Positions 60,840 through 64,000 of a stretch of DNA of 64,000 nucleotides are shown here, one piece after another. The position numbers were made by a program, and so were the translations under genes. This stretch comes from Candidatus Accumulibacter vicinus (GTDB taxonomy: Bacteria > Pseudomonadota > Gammaproteobacteria > Burkholderiales > Rhodocyclaceae), in NCBI GenBank assembly GCA_002425405.1, contig DIME01000188.1, positions 6,310-70,309 of the forward strand, given 5' to 3'. How positions within the stretch are numbered: position 1 is the first letter of the stretch; the number at the start of each line of letters is the position of its first letter. Below the pieces are notes generated by a model. It saw nothing but the letters and a program-made list of their open reading frames with translations, was not told the DNA's origin and made no database searches.

Positions 60840-61322
60840 TCACAGCCCTTCAGGGGCCGTGTAGATCGGAACGCAACGAACCTCGGTCCGCACGGAATTG
60901 GCGATGAAACACTCGTCATGCGCCTGGTGGTGCATCTGATCCAATTGCGCGCGTGTTGGCATGCTTGCACCGGAGAATTGCACCTCCGGACGCAGGGTGA
61001 CCACCGAGATGACCAGTTTGCCCGCTTCGTTCCTCTCCATGATGCCAGTGGCAGCGTCGAAGTAGCGATCGACGCAATACTTTCGCTTCGCTGCGATTGA
61101 CAGGAACCAAAGCATGTGACAGCTGGCCAGGGACGAGACAAAAGCCTCCTCGGGGTCGACTGCGAAGGTGTCGGACATTGGCACCGGCACGACATGCGGA
61201 GATGACGATCCCGGGATCTCGACGCCGCCATCGAAGCGCAAGAGATGCCGCCGGCTATATCGGTTGCCAAGAAAATCCTGCTCTCCACGGAGCCAAAGAA
61301 CTTCTGCGGTGTATTCGGACAT
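60840..61322 (-). CDS. OsmC-family peroxiredoxin-like protein
   Basis: YSRRH...FDGG, SSSP, VDPEEAFVSSLASCHMLWFL, AHDECFIANSV. Confidence 0.9.
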   Translation of the reverse strand: MSEYTAEVLWLRGEQDFLGNRYSRRHLLRFDGGVEIPGSSSPHVVPVPMSDTFAVDPEEAFVSSLASCHMLWFLSIAAKRKYCVDRYFDAATGIMERNEAGKLVISVVTLRPEVQFSGASMPTRAQLDQMHHQAHDECFIANSVRTEVRCVPIYTAPEGL

Positions 61323-61563
61323 GTATCGCTCTCCAAGGGTTCAGCACCGAGGTTTGGCTCCGCATGCCCGATGCTTCGAGGCATCCGGAGATCCTGATCG
61401 AGACCGGTTCCAGAAGCGGAATCGGGAAAATGTCCCGGGTACTTTCCAGGCCTCAGCATACACCCGAAACGCCGCATCGGGATCTCGGGAGCGCGCAGTC
61501 GATTGACCGCGCCTGCCGTGGTCAGTGATACTCTCTGGCGTAGCGCTGAATTTTCCATCTAAC

Positions 61564-62076
61564 AGATCGGGCAAGGTGGACGTATGGAAATCGCCGCGCG
61601 GCAGCGGGCCCTACGGCATCGCGACCACACCGTCGGGTGAGGTCTACTACGCGTCGCTCGCTGGCAGCCATATCGCGCGCATCGACCTGGCGAGCGGCGA
61701 GGCGACGCCCATTGACCCGCCAACGCCGAATCAGGGAGCGCGGCGCGTATGGAGCGACTCGACCGGACGCCTCTGGGTCAGCGAATGGCAGAGTGGCAAC
61801 GTCAGCAGGTATGACCCCGCCGCCAGAACCTGGAAGGCCTGGAAGCTGCCCGGCACCTCTCCACGCACGTATTCGGTGTGGGTGGACGAGCGCGACAAGG
61901 TCTGGCTGACCGACTTCACGGCCAATGCCATCGTGCGCTTCGATCCCTGGACCGAGACTTTCGAGAGTTTCCCGAGCAGCGCACGCAGCGCGAGCGTGCG
62001 CCAGATGGCAGGCCGCAGCGGCGAGGCCTGGGGAGCTGAATCGGGGGCGGACCGGCTGGTGGTCGTGAGATATTGA
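61564..62076 (+). pseudogene. 5'-truncated virginiamycin B lyase (Vgb)-like beta-propeller
   Basis: GPYGIATTPSGEVYY, GARRVWSDSTGRLW, YSVWVDERDKVW, VRQMAGR..EAWGAESG.DRL; only about four blades, starting mid-blade with no signal peptide or RBS. Confidence 0.6.
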
Positions 62077-62215
62077 GTTCACCCTGACAACGTTCATCGG
62101 TGTTGCTCGTAGGATGGCCCGAAGCCGACACCATGCTTGTGGTGGCAAACGTTCACCGGATATCTCGGTCAGTGGCGGGGATATTCTGAACTCGGCACTG
62201 AGGTTGACCAAAATG

Positions 62216-62253
62216 CCGGGCGCGCGTACGGGTCCCCCCGCACGCGCGCCCGG
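62216..62253 (-). terminator. GC-rich hairpin downstream of dctM
   Basis: CCGGGCGCGCGT...ACGCGCGCCCGG followed by CATTTT on the minus strand. Confidence 0.5.
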
Positions 62254-62277
62254 AGCCGCGCTACCAAGAGACTTCGG

Positions 62278-63561
62278 CTACATCATCCCGAGCGTCTTCG
62301 GCAACCAGGTCGACAGGATCGGTACATAGGTCACCACCACCAGGAAGGCCAGCATCGACAGCAGCCATGGCCAGACAGCGACCGTCAGTTCGGTAATCCC
62401 CATCTTGGTAATCCCCGATGCGACATAGAGGTTGAGCCCGACCGGCGGATGGCACATGCCGACTTCCATGTTCACCACCATCAGGATGCCGAAGTGCACC
62501 GGATCAATGCCCAGTTTCATCGCCACCGGAAAGAGAATCGGCGCGAAGATCAGCACGATCGACGAAGGCTCCATGAAATTGCCGGCCAACAGCAGGATGA
62601 TGTTGACCGCCAGCAGGAAGGCGATCATTCCGAGACCGTGACCGAGCATCCAGTCCGCCAGCGCCTGCGGGATGTTCTCGTTGGTCATGATGAACGAGAA
62701 GAGCACAGCGTTGGTGATGATGTACAGGAGCATCGCGGACATGTTCGCCGAGTTCAGCAGCACCCGCGCCACATCCTTCATCGACAGGTCCTTGTAAACG
62801 AAGACTGCCACGAAGAAGGCATAGACCGCGCTCATCGCGGCTGCTTCGGTCGGCGTGAACATGCCGCTGTAGATGCCGCCCATGACCACCACGATCAGCA
62901 ACAACCCCCAGACCGATTCGCGGAAAGCCTTCCAGCGCTCGCCGAACGTTGCCTTCTTCATGCGCGGGTAGTCGAACTTCATCGCCCGATACCAGGTGAC
63001 GCCACCAAGGACCATCGCCAGAGCGATCCCCGGAATCACGCCGGCCATGAACAGCGCGCCGACCGAAGTGTTGGTCGCCACCGAATACATGACCATCACG
63101 ATCGACGGCGGGATCAGGATGCCGAGCGCACCGGAGGTGGTGATCACGCCCGCCCCGAATTTGTTCGGGAAACCCGCCTTGACCATCGCCGGCATCAGGA
63201 TCGACCCGATCGCCACGACGGTCGCCGGCGACGAGCCGGATACCGCGGCGAACAGGGCACAAGCCAGCACCCCGGCCAGGCCAAGACCACCGTACCAGTG
63301 CCCGACCATGCTGGTCGCGAACTTGATCATTCGTCGCGCCACCCCGCCGTGGGTAAGAAAGTTGCCGGCCAGGATGAAGAACGGAATGGCCATGATCTCG
63401 AACTTCTCGATACCGGTGAACAGCTTCAGGGCAACCGACTCGAGCGGTACCTGCGTAAACATGAACAGGAAACTCAGAACCGTCAGGCCGAGCGAGATCG
63501 AGATCGGCATGCCGGTCAGCATCAGGACCAGCAGAATGATGAAAATGATCGAAGCGTTCAT
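62278..63561 (-). CDS. dctM: TRAP transporter large permease (C4-dicarboxylate type)
   Basis: AIPFFILAG, FAAVSGSSPAT, LGILIPPS, FTPTEA, GIDPVHFG, HPPVGLNL. Confidence 0.95.
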   Translation of the reverse strand: MNASIIFIILLVLMLTGMPISISLGLTVLSFLFMFTQVPLESVALKLFTGIEKFEIMAIPFFILAGNFLTHGGVARRMIKFATSMVGHWYGGLGLAGVLACALFAAVSGSSPATVVAIGSILMPAMVKAGFPNKFGAGVITTSGALGILIPPSIVMVMYSVATNTSVGALFMAGVIPGIALAMVLGGVTWYRAMKFDYPRMKKATFGERWKAFRESVWGLLLIVVVMGGIYSGMFTPTEAAAMSAVYAFFVAVFVYKDLSMKDVARVLLNSANMSAMLLYIITNAVLFSFIMTNENIPQALADWMLGHGLGMIAFLLAVNIILLLAGNFMEPSSIVLIFAPILFPVAMKLGIDPVHFGILMVVNMEVGMCHPPVGLNLYVASGITKMGITELTVAVWPWLLSMLAFLVVVTYVPILSTWLPKTLGMM

Positions 63562-63998
63562 GATTGCTTACCTCCCTTGTCCGACGAGTCTTCCGGGTGA
63601 CGCTTCTTGTAGGTCAGGTCGTGCGGATGCAGGTTGTCCTCCATCTGGAACGCATTGATTTCTTCGGCGATCGTCGTCTCGTCGATACCATCCACGTGCC
63701 CGTGGTCGTGATGCGGCAGCTCGCCGGTCCGGATGAAACTCACTGTCACCTGCAGGAAACGGAAGCACATCAGGCTCGAACCGAGCGGAATCGCGCTATA
63801 GACGATCCATGTCGGCCACTCCAGATCAGGCGTGGTCGGACCCTCGGGAATATCCACCAGTTCCCAGCCGATCGCCGTGTATAGCGCATAATGAAAACCG
63901 TTTTCCCAAACGAAGTGGGCGCCAAGCGTGCCGACGATGCCGGTGAACAAAGCGCCCGCGAGCAAGCCGAAAACAACGAACTTGGCGCGCGTGCGACC
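63558..63998 (-). CDS. dctQ: TRAP transporter small permease (5' end outside window)
   Basis: TPDLEWPTWIVY.AIP.GS.LM.FRF; frame open to the window edge; overlaps the dctM start. Confidence 0.88.
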   Translation of the reverse strand, partial: GRTRAKFVVFGLLAGALFTGIVGTLGAHFVWENGFHYALYTAIGWELVDIPEGPTTPDLEWPTWIVYSAIPLGSSLMCFRFLQVTVSFIRTGELPHHDHGHVDGIDETTIAEEINAFQMEDNLHPHDLTYKKRHPEDSSDKGGKQS

Positions 63999-64000
63999 GG

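Noticed and set aside
61557-61563. ATCTAAC / GTTAGAT integron core-site match at the Vgb truncation point
   Set aside because: A 7-bp match with no accompanying hairpin or partner site; expected by chance.
62114-62215. GGDILNSALRL resembling the adenylate-cyclase GDxVNxAxRL motif
   Set aside because: A single short motif in a low-complexity intergenic ORF, with no other cyclase features.
1-64000. CRISPR array, tRNA, rRNA, intact IS/transposase/integrase
   Set aside because: No regularly spaced direct repeats, tRNA cloverleaf, rRNA-like sequence, or DDE/tyrosine recombinase ORF was recognised by eye.

Overview
High-GC betaproteobacterial chromosome segment. Gene content and order suggest Rhodocyclales, most like 'Candidatus Accumulibacter' (inference, no search run). 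Most of the window is core housekeeping: end of leuA, the trmJ-cysE-iscR-desulfurase-iscSUA-hscBA-fdx-iscX cluster, suhB, the TCA block (mdh / GntR-sdhCDAB-sdhE-gltA-sucAB-lpdA), and gyrA-pheA-hisC-tyrA-aroA/cmk-rpsA-ihfB-lapB-rfaE1-hldD-cysM, ending in TRAP dctQM. The stand-out accessory element is a compact four-gene operon at 52316-57854. It encodes an MBOAT-SGNH fusion, a carrier protein, a stand-alone adenylation enzyme whose hand-extracted specificity code is DLLYLALVCK (proline/pyrrole type) and a prolyl-carrier-dehydrogenase-like flavoprotein. This looks like a Dlt/AlgIJ-type trans-membrane acylation relay fed by a pyrrole-2-carbonyl module, i.e. a candidate system for pyrrolyl decoration of a cell-surface polymer. 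Other notable items are a SixA-Nudix fusion, a large protein with a split HPr-like domain, several very short gene fossils (histidine kinase tail, DUF2237, OYE, lapA, Vgb-like) and a degenerate attC-like hairpin. No rRNA, tRNA, CRISPR array or intact transposase/integrase was recognised.
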